A stretch of DNA of 64,000 nucleotides from assembly GCA_030704615.1 (NCBI GenBank), contig CM060731.1:72974001-73038000 (forward strand). Direction: 5' to 3'. Source of the stretch: Takakia lepidozioides. Lineage: Eukaryota > Plantae > Bryophyta. Positions 50,612-62,797 of the stretch are shown in pieces; positions within the stretch are counted from its first letter, which is position 1; every line of letters starts with the position of its first letter. The notes beneath the pieces were generated by a model that worked only from the letters and a program-made list of their open reading frames with translations, did no database searches and was not told the origin of the DNA. The position numbers were made by a program, and so were the translations under genes.

Positions 50612-52985
50612 ATTAAAATGGTAGTTCTAAACTGTGGAGAAACAGTAGTTTTTTAGTTCAATGTTTTCAAGTGAGATGTGCTTGGGTGGTCATTGTGTCC
50701 TCTGGTTCATCGGCATATAGATCCATGTGTTATACATCCAGGTATGTGCACCCTGCGTACCTTTTCTTGAACGGTGTTTCTTTCCCTGCTGTGCTTGCCT
50801 TGCAGCCTTGTTGTCAATGTCTCATGTAATGCCTTTCCCCTAATTCAAACAGTTACCTCAGTTGGGATGGCTCAGATCAACACGTTGCCTCAATGGGCTT
50901 TTCTAGGATCTATCACTGAAATCAGAGTGGGAAGGACATCAATAAAGCCAAAAATGTATCCATCTTCAAGATTGTGGTTGGAGGAATGGCTACTGCCAAA
51001 TGGTGCTCCAAAATGGGCCACTCACCAATCTGCAAAGTGTGTAACACGGGCTGAAGAGTTTCTCCAGGCTCATTGCCTTGGGAGTTGCAATGAAACTGCT
51101 TGCTCATAATCTCATTGCCCCGTTTGTGGTATGAATCTTGGGATGAAGTCCTTCTTGGTGTGGAAATCCCCCTGACAAGGAAAACTTTGGTTTTGTCTGA
51201 GCGAAAGGAAAGAAAAGTACGTGAATCACCATCGAGCACCTCTGAGTGAGAGAGAGTGCCCTGGATGCGAAGATCAATCAAGGAAAAAAATAGATACATA
51301 CATAAGGATTAGTGCTGTAATCTTCTAACGTCCCAAGTGGTCTAATTGTTCAAGAATACCTAATTTGCTTACTAGTTACACACTGTCTGACAGGAAACAG
51401 ATTAGGCCTCAGTCATCCATGGAGGGTACACTCGCATATGAGCAATATTTATAGTGTCTACTACACGACGGACCCTGGAAATTGGACTTGCAAATCCCTC
51501 CTCCATCGCCCACAACTCAGAGTTTATGAACACTCTATGAACATATTTTGATTCCCCCACATGTCTTCCACATGTCTGTAAAGGTAACCAAGAGTGATAA
51601 AACTCGATGTGATCCATGGAAATGTATGTACACATGATCATCATTCAAAATTACACAGTTATTCTCTTGCAAAACTTTGCAGCCACCGTATTCTTCGATA
51701 TCCCAAAATAACCTGGTGAGTCTGGACTGTGAACAACCATCCATGATTCCTGTAAAATGTCAAATACCAGCGCTTGTGATTTATCGTAGCGCATCAAAAC
51801 TACGTGATCACCACACACTTCCGCATGCCAGTACGTCGACCACCGCAGCGTGCCAATTTCACGATCACTTGCAAAGAAATCCTGCCCTAGTTCATCATGA
51901 ATTTTCGGCAACTGCCTCCATTGTTGAGAGGAGATATCGAACTCCCATAAACGTGGGGCACCGCTGGTGTCAATCCCAGCTACCAACAAGCGGCCCCGAA
52001 TTTCCAACAAACATACAACTCTATATAAGTCATTGGGGATCTCTGTCCCAACCTCCGCCCACACTCCAGTCCCTAGTGTGTCATGACCAAAGAATCTGTG
52101 GTATCCATGTTGAAGTTCACCTTGAACACCATAGCGAGCAACATAGGTCATGCTGTACATCACGTTGCCGCATTTGACGATAAATGGAGATCCGGAAAGC
52201 ACAGCAGGTGCAGGAATGTTTCCTGTCTCATTCCACGAGTTGGAGATAGAGTCGTAGACCAAAGTCCTGGTCACTCCAACTCTTTCGGCGGTAAACCCAA
52301 AAACTAGCTCATACCCACCGGTAGTGCTATCCACCACCAATTTGTTTAAAACAGTACAATAGCGGATGCTGTCTCGGTAAACTCTAGGCACTTTAGGCAG
52401 TCGCCTGCAACACTTCCTGATTGGGTTGAACACGATGAAGTTTGAATCCCCGTGACAGATACACCATGATTCGATGGAAAAGAGACCTCCATCTGCAGAA
52501 TGGAAAGATGATCGACCGTATGGCAAAGAGCCTTGACAATCAAGCAAATGAGGTTTAAGGAATGAGAGGTCCATCTTGTGCAACACGCCCCTTGACGGAT
52601 CCCAAAACTCCATCACTATAGTATCTAACCGTATGCTACCAGATGTAGCCAAGCAAAAGAGGAAGGTTGGCTCCAATATTTGATCGAACCGACTTGTTTG
52701 CAAAGATGCATAAACCCCGGAGATGCAGGCAAGGATCGCCATCGCTTGCACACCACCAGTAAGCGGAAGAGATATGTACAAGGTAAGCGTGCCAACACCC
52801 TGTCCAGTATGTCAGACGGTAGCCTACTCCACACCTCCTTGTCCATCACTATGACCCACCAGTGGATCAGCACACTAGAGACAAAGACAAAGACAAAGAC
52901 ACATCCGCTGGGACATGTGATATAAGCCTTGTACATAGAATGAGACTCTCCTGGGAAGCAGCGCACGCGAGAGTGAGATGACAAC
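50612..52985. repeat. Segmental duplication, copy B
   Basis: Colinear with about 46624-48925. Confidence 0.92.
51651..52852 (-). pseudogene. F-box protein, copy B, frameshifted
   Basis: MDKEVWSRLPSDILDRVLARLP... A 1-bp deletion near 52687 (gtcggttcgat versus gtcggtctcgat in copy A) separates the F-box from the downstream ORF. Confidence 0.85.
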
Positions 52986-53524
52986 TGCACGTCTGCTTCA
53001 CCCGAGCCTCTTCTTTTATACTACGCAGCTCGGCTCATCAAAATAGACTGCTTTTATATATACACTACAACTCAATTTAGTGTGTCTAAAAGCATCTCCT
53101 CACATAAACATACAGTGTTTGCTGGGTCCTGTTCAAGCAGGCCAACGTTAACTCAAGCAGCCACTCCATTTTTGGTTAGACAGAAGCCACTGGTGGGAAT
53201 GGGAACTCATGTGCAGGGAAAGGAAGATATTTACTCAAAACAACAGGAACCCCAGTGAGGGGAGGAAGAAAACAAGGGGGCAGCAAGGAAAATGCCACTC
53301 TAACCCACCAAGCCCCAAATCCCATGTGCAAAAGAGATTGTGAGAGACCCAACAAACTGGTGTCGTTCGCCTTTGTTGGTGGCCGTCGTCTTTTCAGTTT
53401 CCCCCACCGATGGGTGGGCCAAGCTGAACTATTGTGCCCAGGGAGGTTGAGCCTCCAAACTAACTGCTGGCAGCATGGCTCACCAAATGAGAGTATCATT
53501 GTGCCAGCACTTGATTAGAGACCC

Positions 53525-54410
53525 TCCTCTTTGGGAGATCTAGACCTAGGGTAGCCTACGCCATTGGCCCATGTGTTAAGAATTGAATAAGTCCAAGTGC
53601 AATCCCCTATGTATTCAAGTAGCGTCTCCTATGTCAATGTGTGAAGAATTGAAATCGAAGCCCAAGTGCAATTTCTTATGTATCCAAGTGGGTCTCCTAT
53701 GTCGAGGCCCATGTGCGACCTCTAGTGTAGCTTATGCCGTTGGCCCATGTGTGAAGAATTGAAAATCTAAGCCCAAGTGCAATCTTCTATTCATGTATTC
53801 AAGTGCATCTCCCATGTAGAGGCCCAAGTGTCCAGTGTCATGTAACTTGCCAAGTGCAATCTCCTATGTATCCAAGTGCGTCTCCCATGTTTTCCATTAA
53901 TTTATTAAGTAGTAATATATCCATTCATTATTGATATATCTCCCCAGGCTCCAAGGAAAGTCCACTTTGCTATTTTTCGGGAATTTTCGTTGGCCCAAGT
54001 GTCTAGTGTCATCTAAGTCCAAGTGTAAGATCTTCTATGTATCCGAGTGAGTCGCCTATGTTGAGGCCCAAGTGCGACCTCTAGGGTAACATGTGCCTTT
54101 GGCCCATGTATGAAGAGTTGAAATCTAAGACCAAGTGCAATTTCCTATGTATCCCAATGCGTCTCCTATGTCGAGGCCCAAGTGCGACCTCTAGTGTAGC
54201 CTATGCCGTTGGCCCATGTGTAAAGAATTGAAATCTAAGTCCACGTGCAATTTCCTGCGTATCCAAGTGCATCTCCTATGTCGAGGCATCGAGGCCCAAG
54301 TGCAATATTCTATTTATGTATCCAAGGGCATCTCCCATGTAGAGGCCCAAGTGTCCAATGTAATGTAACTTGCCCAAGTGCAATCTCCTATGTATCCAAG
54401 TACGTCTAAT
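53525..54410 (+). repeat. Degenerate array of CCAAGTGCAAT / GGCCCAAGTG modules
   Basis: Many imperfect repeats such as gaagaattgaaatctaagcccaagtgcaatttcctatgtatccaagtg; an inverted partial copy lies at 15660-15872. Confidence 0.8.
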
Positions 54411-54411
54411 C

Positions 54412-54512
54412 ATTTTTTTTTTTCCACAGAGCCTATGACCAGATTTGAACCGGAGACCTTTCCCTTGATATCTCTCCACTCGAGGCTCCAACCATTGTCC
54501 CAGGAATGCCCA
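54412..54512 (-). mobile_element. tRNA-derived SINE-like sequence
   Basis: Minus strand shows A-box-like TGGGACAATGG, B-box-like GGTTCAAATC and a terminal A-run. No clear TSD. Confidence 0.45.
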
Positions 54513-55236
54513 CTTTGCCATTTATGCTATTTTTTGTGAATTTCCAGCGACCAAAAGTATTTGGAATTCCACATCTCCCACACTGCAGGTCCAAAAATCC
54601 TGAGACCAAGCCCGTGCACCCCTCCTCGTCGAGGGCTTTCCAACGGTACCAAGCACCAGCGTTGGGGCCCCGCGGTTTGGGACATTTCAACGCTACAAAA
54701 CAAAACAAACTAACAAATGTCTCGGTTCATATATTTGATATTTTCACCAATAATTAGCAATTTCAGTATACTCTATATTCTCATCTGCCTATTATTACCC
54801 ATTCATTCCTAATTTGGTGAGTGCTATAATTTTATATTCAGTTCCCTTCAGATTTATCCCTTTAGTTCTATTATAGTCAGTTCCCTTCAGATCTATCCCT
54901 TCAGCTCTATTAGTTTCACTTTCTCTAGCAGTTTTATCAGCATTGTCTTTAGTTCCCTTCAGCTCCATTATATTCAATTCTCTTCAAATTTATGCTTCCC
55001 AATTCCATCACAATCAATTTTATCTTTTCGTAGCATATAGTTTATTATTATTATTTTTTATCGAGGTGAAACACAAAATATTTTGATTCTAAATTTCACA
55101 TTTTTTTAAATTGTTATCCTCATGGATTAATACTGTGACGGTTCCGATTTTGCGTTTAAAATATTTATAAATTTTATTCTATGAGATACACAGAGGCCCT
55201 GCCATTGTTTTATTGATACGAAGTTTTATCGAATTA

Positions 55237-55339
55237 TGTTATGGCTAATAATAATATATCTTCCGGTCCTGGGCGGGCTCTCTTGCTCTGGCAAAACATA
55301 AGAAAAAGGTGAGAGTGAGGGGCATGACTCAACATAACA
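55237..55339 (-). repeat. Candidate short 3' LTR (103 bp)
   Basis: Inverted termini TGTTATG...CATAACA at the boundary with the AT-rich flank. No partner copy in the window. Confidence 0.4.
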
Positions 55340-55719
55340 CACCAATCCGAGCCTTGGCACGGTCTAAGGTCCTTTGTCGTGCGCATATATATCGCTACAC
55401 AACTACATCGCTGTCCAAACCACACCACACATATATGCACAATAAAGTAGTCTGCCACAATCGCCCCCCTAGCTGGTGGGTAGGTCCCTCTACCTCCAAA
55501 TAGCTACAAGATGTAATAGCCACAGCCGTACTAAGTCCTCTATCACTGTCCCTGTTGTACTCAAACTCTGTAAACCAAGAGGCCGGGTACAAGAGTAGCC
55601 CCATCGTTAGTCGCCGTCTTGCAATCTGTGAACTTGAGCCAGGATCTCGTGTGTTCAAGGTCTCCTAGTAGCTTGGCGTTGCATTTCTTGTCAGCCTCCC
55701 ATGGTTGTATCCACTCCCA

Positions 55720-56905
55720 CTATCCAATGCAATGCGGACATAACCAATCCCCAGCAGGAACCATCTCAAGAGGTGGAGTCAAGCATCCCATATGCCAACC
55801 TCTAGAGCATCGATCACACACCAGCATGGTGGCTGCCCCTCTAGCAGACCCACACAACATGCATTTCAAACTTGCAGATACCACTACCAGGTTTGGATCA
55901 ATCCTGCCATCGACATTCGGAAGGTGACATGGCGCACAATTACGCACATGGTCCTTCCAAGTTATGCCATCCTGACCCTCCAAGACCAAGACGCCTGAGG
56001 GCAAAACCTCTCGAACCCTCAAAATAACACGTCATGCAGTCACATCCAATGTCGTAGGAGCAGTCTGCTGCAGATAGACATAGTCACCAGGGTTGAATCT
56101 CCGAACCCCAGGACGATAGCCCCCACCACGTATGGTAGCATACCTCAACGTATCACGGTGTTGTGCAATGGCAAGGTTCTCGAAAGCCATGGGCATGACT
56201 CTCTTGAACAACTCTGCACGCTGCTCACATGCACGTGCCCACACGTCCGGATCGTCAAGGTTAAGAACTGTAGCAGCTTCTCTGCGAATGGATGTAGGCA
56301 AATCCGGCTCTCGGCCAAAGAGAAGAAAGTATGGTGAGAAGGAGGCAAGTGATGCTTGCTTGCTGAACCTGTAGCCCATGGCTAACCAGGATAACTGAAG
56401 GTCCCAATCTCCTAGGTGTCCCTTCTGCAAGCCATACTTGCGCAAACCCATCTTTACTGTCTGAACAACTCTCTCTGCCAAGCCATCGGCCTCAAGATGA
56501 TCCCGAGAAGTGGTGCGGTGGTCTATCAAGGCTTTGTCACACAAAGCCTGAAACTCCCCCAAGAACTCTCTCCCTTGGTCCGTGAGTACCTCAGCTGGAG
56601 CACCGAATCGGCTAAGCACACAATCCAAGAATGCATACGCAGCTCCCTCACTAGCCTTATCAGGCAATGGAACCAATTCAATCCACTTGGAGAAGTGTTC
56701 CACCATCACCAACACGTACTTGTTGTGGCGCATGGTCAGTGGCAACGGCCCTTCGAAGTCAAGACTCCACCTGTAGCCCAATCCCATGATCCGAAGAGGG
56801 TGCAATTGTGGAGTAGGGGCGTTGAATGAAGCACGCACCCTGTCACACACCATGCACCTAGCCACAAATTGTTGCACCTTTGTGTGCATACCACGCCACC
56901 AATAC
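55720..56905 (-). pseudogene. Integrase with C-terminal PHD finger
   Basis: YWWRGM...CMVC; DDE residues in SLDFEGP, TDQGREF, AERVVQT; FNPGDYVYL; then CMLC...LVCDRC...WHMGCL...WLCPHC (Cys4-His-Cys3). One stop at about 56032. Confidence 0.92.
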
Positions 56906-57330
56906 ATCCAGATCATAAATCCAACGTGCTAAAGACCTTGGCATGCCCAATGGCATCAAAGATCTCCTCTGGTGTTGGCATGGCATACCTATCGGACTTG
57001 GTCTAACAATTTACAGGCCGGTAATCACCGCACATACGTCTCTCCGTCCATTTGCCAAAGACATCCTTCTTGGCTGGCATCACTGTGGCTGAAGCATACT
57101 CTCCCCCAGATAGCTCCACCAAACCAGCCTCCCAAAGGTCCTGAGTTCTCATCTGAATCAAGGACCTCTCCATGTCACTGTATCTATAGGGTCTCCGAAA
57201 GATTGGCGTGTCAGTAGCCAATTCAATGCGAATCTCTTGACCCTTCAGTGCTCCTAAGTCCTTTCAAACTAAGCTGAAGGCAAAGCAGTTCCTGTAAGCC
57301 CTCAAGAACCGCCGTATACGTCGTCTCTCT
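56906..57330 (-). pseudogene. Reverse transcriptase N-terminal fragment
   Basis: PIFRRPYRYS...YASATVMPAKKD...RRMCGDYRPVN...DRYAMPTPEEIFDAIGHAKVFSTLDL. YxDD core and RNase H are deleted. Confidence 0.88.
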
Positions 57331-57719
57331 CCTCCGGTGACTATAGGTCCAACATCAGGCTCCCAGTTGTCCTCCGTGACTGCAACCTTGAGTCCAGCAG
57401 ACTTAGAGGTAGAAGACGCGTCCCGTGGATGCTATGCTGCAACCTCTTGAGCAGTGACCAATGCCTGCTCTGTCAGTGACAATGTCTCATCCTGCCCCAT
57501 CATCCCATCCTTGAGGACCTCCTCAATCCGAGAAAAATCCCCAACCTGATCCATCACCGCCGCCTTGGCTGCCAACTCCTTCTGAACCTCGAGCACCTCC
57601 CACGTGTGCCATGGATGCGGCCTGCACCTCGTGCTCCTCACATGCTCGCCCCCACTCGCTGCCTATACCATCTCGGTAGGCAGGGAGACCATGAAGGGAA
57701 GTGTACTCCGTACTCTGCT

Positions 57720-58690
57720 CAGCCATAGCCAAGCTGATAATCCAGGTCAAGCAATTGAGATCCATTGCTTGCCCCAACACCTGACGACGTGATGCCTCAG
57801 AAAGAGATGGCACCGCCGTGGTACCTGTGGTAAAACCCATCGCCCGCTCGCGCTCATCAGCATTGGGCTCCACTAATTGTTGCAACTGGCTATCCCACAA
57901 GAGGCCAGGTCCACCATCCTGAAAAGCATGGGATCCTGGGAAGCTGAGCAGTGTAGGTAATGCTGCTCGTGGTTGACCCACCCTGTTGACCACTGCCAAA
58001 GGCAAACGGTCATCACGTCTCACACGTTGAGACTGCCTCCCTGTGTCCAAAATGCTATCCACTGTGAGGTGTGCTGGCCGTTGCACCCTATCAAATGCAC
58101 GCTTGAGCAGTGCGGGTGGCATCAAGTTAGTCCACCATAGCCATGGACGATGAGCCCATGATCCCACTGCAGCTGCATCCAGCAACACTGCTGACCCAAG
58201 CCACGACCGGACTTGATGCACATTGGCCATCACCCTGGCCCGAGAATCACCCATCAGTGGCACATTCTCCAAGATGTATGCTTGAGATACAGTTTGATGA
58301 AGCTGCAAGTGGCGCAAAATCCGCACCATCTCCCAAAACAGACCCGTCCTCGAGTCTCGCAATCCATTGCCATGCCCGGCTGATGAATGCCCTTGGCAGG
58401 GCCAACTTGCACTACCAGATCAATGGAGCCAACCTGCTCCAAATCCTGCGCCCCCAGCAAAGAAATGTCTGCTGGCAAGGCTTGTTGGTATCCACGAACT
58501 GCAGACACTGACAACAAATCAGGGTACTGCTGTACCAACTGAGCAATATGGCGCAGTGAGACGTGTCGTGCAGTCTCATCCCTCTCCACATATAGGTAAC
58601 GTTGAACTCGTATACCTGCCTGCAATACTACAGCCAATCCAGTGCTGATCCCGCCAAACAAGTCCAGAAGGCATATGCCTTCATCCGGGC
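57720..58690 (-). pseudogene. DNA (cytosine-5) methyltransferase domain, Dnmt3-like, within the retrotransposon polyprotein
   Basis: Motif I ICLLDLFGGISTGL; motif II RYLYVERD; motif IV DLV(V)ASWPCQG (1-bp frameshift near 58410); VI YILENVP; VIII AHRPWLWWTNL; IX ERERAMGF; X RRQVLGQAM. Confidence 0.9.
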
Positions 58691-61631
58691 ACTGCCACAC
58701 AAGAGGTGTGGTGTCCAATGACGACAACTGAGGTGGTCCTGGTGCAATCACCGCACTCTCCTCTTCTCTTGACGGTACGAAGGCCTCTACCCAGGCTTGT
58801 TGTACCTGTCCATCAACAGCCTGCTGCAAATCCTTGCTCGTACCCCATAATGGAGTGTGAGCAACCATGGTAGGCAACTCCGCCGTACCATGCATGTCAT
58901 TCTGCTCTACTGGAGGTGGCACATCCTCTGCATGGGCATTGCCTTCCAGCAACTCTCCAGGCCAACTAACTGCAGCTGTAAAGACGGCTAGTATTGGCAT
59001 CTTGCCCCACTGGGCAGCCGCAATACCCCCAATGAATGTCACAGGGAGCTGTGCACGACGACCATCTCCTGACTGCCATCCAGGGCTGTAGGATGCTGAC
59101 ACCTTCCAAAAGTCCAGGGTGAAGCCCATGGGATATAACACTGCCCCACCAACAAGGACATCGTAAGAGATCGCGTCTGTCACAATGGCCTTGGCTCGCA
59201 TCACTGAGCCATCTACAGGATGATCTGGTTGTAGTCCAATGGCCAACTCACGCCGTGTCATGCCCCGAGCCTGCTCTGATCCTCCCAGAGATGTTTGTAT
59301 CTAGAAAAGACGAGGCTCCATATCCGCCTCCATGAGGCCCAAACCTGCAATAGCAGCTCTGCCCAACATCAGTGGCTGAGCTCCTGAGTCCAACAAGACC
59401 CGCAGTGGCCGGTACTTCTTGCCTGCCGGTCCACTCAAAGTTAAAATGCCTCCCTGGTTGTCTAACAAGACAACTCGAGGTGTCACCATGGCGCGCTCAA
59501 AGGCTGGCCTAGCTGGCAGCTCCGTCAACCTAGCAGCTGCAGCTTGCCATGGTGTAGCCGTGGCAGTCTTGACCCTCAAATCTGAGGATCCCTCTGCCAC
59601 TACACCTTCAAGTAACTCCGCAAAAGATGAAGTGACCTCCCCACTCTCGCAGAGTGTTGCTGCTAGTTTGAACACTGCAGCTGGTCTTACCCCCGGCGTC
59701 GCAATAATGGTTGTCGAGAACAGTGGGGCTTGACACACAGAGGTGGCTGCCCCCAATAACACACCGGCTGCACTAGCCTTGGTAGCAGGTGTCAGTGCTG
59801 CACGTGTAGCTCTCCCCAATGGCATAGTAACCTCCGCCTCGGTAACAGTCGGGCGAGAACTAGGTGCCATGGATGGCGTCGACACTGTCTCCGCCAATGT
59901 GAATGACTGAGGAAGCCTCGCCTGACGGCTTGCCTCCCCACATTGTGGATCCAACTCCACCTCTGCACCTCGTGGCTCACAAACTCGTGCTGCTCCTCGA
60001 GTCACGGCTGCAGCAGCCTCCACCTGCTCTAGTGGTAGTGCTGCTCCGCATATAAATCCCATGTCTCCCATATCTCCTCCCTTAGGAGCAGGAGGTGGAC
60101 CATCCCGCCTGGAAGCCGGTACCGCCTGAGCTGTAGTCATGGCAGCGAGCCTCTGCTCTAGCTGCTGAAGCCGGTTGGCCATGCCTTGGTCAACACCCTG
60201 ACCTCCGCGTCCTTGGCCATGTTGAGCTTGCCCTTGGCCTACACCTCGTGCCCGACCACCTCGTCCTCTCTGGGCTGGTCCACCTCACCCCCGGCCACCA
60301 TTGTTCCCTTGGAACTGGCCTGGGCGCAACTCAGGATGCAAGTCATAACACTGGGCATCTCCATGCCCATACTTGCATCAATGCCCACACTGCAACTGTG
60401 CAGGCTGTGTTTGTGCCGGCCTTTTGCCACTCTCTGGGCAATCTCTCTTGACATGGGGTCCTCCTCATGTCCAACATATCATCTCTGGTTGCTGTTGGCT
60501 TGCAAAAGATGCCACGGGCCTCTGCACCTGAGGTCTCCTGTAAGCTCCATGGAACTTGGGTTGGGAAACCTTGCCCCCCTGACCACGCTGTTGGGCAGTC
60601 CTTTGTGCATGTGGGCTGGCAGCTACGCCTCGTGCAGGCATGTCCTTGCCAAACCCAATGGTAACAACTCGCTCCTCCACCATGTTGAGCTCAATCCACT
60701 CAGCCAGAAGAAACACATCTGCTAATGTGGGTTGGGCTGCTTGTAACAGGGTTGCATCCCGCACCCTTCTCCTGAGCTCCTTGTCCAAAATTCCATACCA
60801 GAACTGGATTGTCTGAGCTTCAGTAACCCCTTGGGTCACACTTATCAAGCACCTCATACGAGTGTAGGCCTCTCGCAAGCTCTCACTAGGTTTGCGCTGG
60901 AAGTCTTGCAAACTTCACAGCTTCTCTGTCCGTACACCTTGGTAGTTCCTCCGCAACTCCTGGAAGAACTCCACCACCGGGTTGAATCTAGGCACATGTG
61001 TTGTAGTCGTGGCAGGAGGAGTAGTAGCACTTTTTGAACTGGTACCACCTGCAGAAGTACCGGCACTACTTGTTCCACTACTAGTGCTGGTAGTGGGAGA
61101 TATTGGTACTGATGCAGCTACTGGTCGCGTCGTGCCTCGAGTAATGGAGACGTAGTCAGGTAACCAATACATCCTCCACTCCTCAATCTCTGCTTCATGT
61201 CCTCACCTGAACTCGTGGTAATCGTCCATAAGCGGGCCATCCAAATGCTGGAACAGTCCCTTCCACGCCATGAATGGGGTGAATAGCTGTGGATTGCGCA
61301 TCTGCTGCAAATCACACCAAGTGTCGAACTCCTGGATAAAGTCATCCAACTCGATTGTGCCCACAGCTCCAGAGTACCTACGAGGCCCCTTGGTAGCTCC
61401 ATACATCTCCTCCATGTCGTCCCACAACAATGGCGAATGAAACTGCACACCTGTTGATGAAGCCTCTGAGTCTGTGTCTGACTCTACAGTAGTTGAGGGT
61501 GGCGGTGAAGGTGGTCTGAACCGAATACCTCGTCTTGTGAACCCACTCTCACTGTTACTGCCTGTAGCCGTACTCCCCTCAAAACCCTTGGGTAACTCCG
61601 TAATGACACTCACAATGTGCACCTCCTCCAC
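58691..61631 (-). pseudogene. Retrotransposon Gag and aspartic protease (one frame, interrupted by stops)
   Basis: Five consecutive ORF-track segments share one frame; FQRKPSESLREAYTR gag-like motif, CWT*GGPHVKRDC knuckle, VLLDSGAQ and YDVLVG protease motifs. Confidence 0.82.
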
Positions 61632-62149
61632 GTGACACTATAAGGCTCTAGTACTAATCTAATAGTGACACGGGTAGGCACCTGTTGCAGTCTAAGGGTC
61701 ATATCCCAATGGCTCAGGGCACCTGCACCTGCATCCACCGCAAGAACTCCTATGGTTGGCTGGTCATCAACCTAGCCTCACCATAGAAGAAACACCGGTG
61801 GTCTTGCTGGTCATCACTCCAGCCTCACCACCGACAGCATACTCTAGGATTGACCGGTGATCAAATCCGGCCTAATCCCTATAAAAGCAAGCGCCCACAC
61901 AAAACCAACATGGCGCACAGCCAAGCATGCAGGTGTTGGGGGGGATCCAAACGCAAGAAATCAAAACATCAACACCCCCACACCAAAATCCATCTGCAGT
62001 GCTGACCTGCAGAATATCCCAGCCCAAAACCCCGGACTGATTGGCCTCCACCAAGAGAGGCTTTGGCAACTACAAGTACAAGGTAATGAAACTAGTACAG
62101 AGATGGAAGGGAAGAATAGAAGCCCGACCAAGCAAGATCTAATCCTGAT

Positions 62150-62797
62150 CTATGCTATCAACTGCCAGACTTCTCTCAAAGTGCCTCGCTCTGCATGATG
62201 GTAAGGTGTAGGAGGTATATCTATGTCCAGAAACCTGCCACTAACCTTGTCCCAAACTACAGTAGCTCGCTCTAACCAACCCTCCTCCTCTTTCTGCCAG
62301 GTATAGACAAAGCAATACTCCCCTATCTCCCGCTCACTGAACACTAAAGAAAACAAAGGTAGGGTCTGATAGTCTCTCAACTCAAAAGCTTTGAGACGGT
62401 TGCGGGTGTCCTCATTGCGAATGACTGCATCTCCTTCACGCACAACAAACATGTCATTGCTAATGAACCCCCGTTCGTGGTTGCCCTATGCAGAGCATAT
62501 CCGGCTGCAACCATGTCTGATTGCACAAACTTGTGTAGCTCCTGCTCCTCTGCTCCAGTACACCACGGCCTTGTGGCTGAACACCTTGGTCCCCGGGGCT
62601 GTCTTTGGCTGTGTTCCAAGCCTAGCTTTCACCCACTTTGGTATTTCACCTACAACTGCAGAACTGCTGGCTCCAACAGAGTTCTGACTGTCCAAGGCGA
62701 TATTGAGGCCCTCAATGCCAACTACAGCAGTCTGTTGTCTACTGCTAATGCCTGACTCCCAGTATGCAATCAACTCGTCCAATTGTTCTCCACTCAA
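62150..62797 (-). other. Unknown ORF of about 215 codons upstream of gag, with one in-frame stop
   Basis: ORFs 62486-62797 and 62150-62452 are in the same frame, separated by one TAG. Protein-like composition but no recognised motif. The start codon is non-ATG. Confidence 0.4.

Noticed and set aside
57720-58690. Bacterial restriction-modification methylase or contamination
   Set aside because: The domain is in frame with gag-protease, flanked by RT and integrase, and embedded among intron-containing plant genes.
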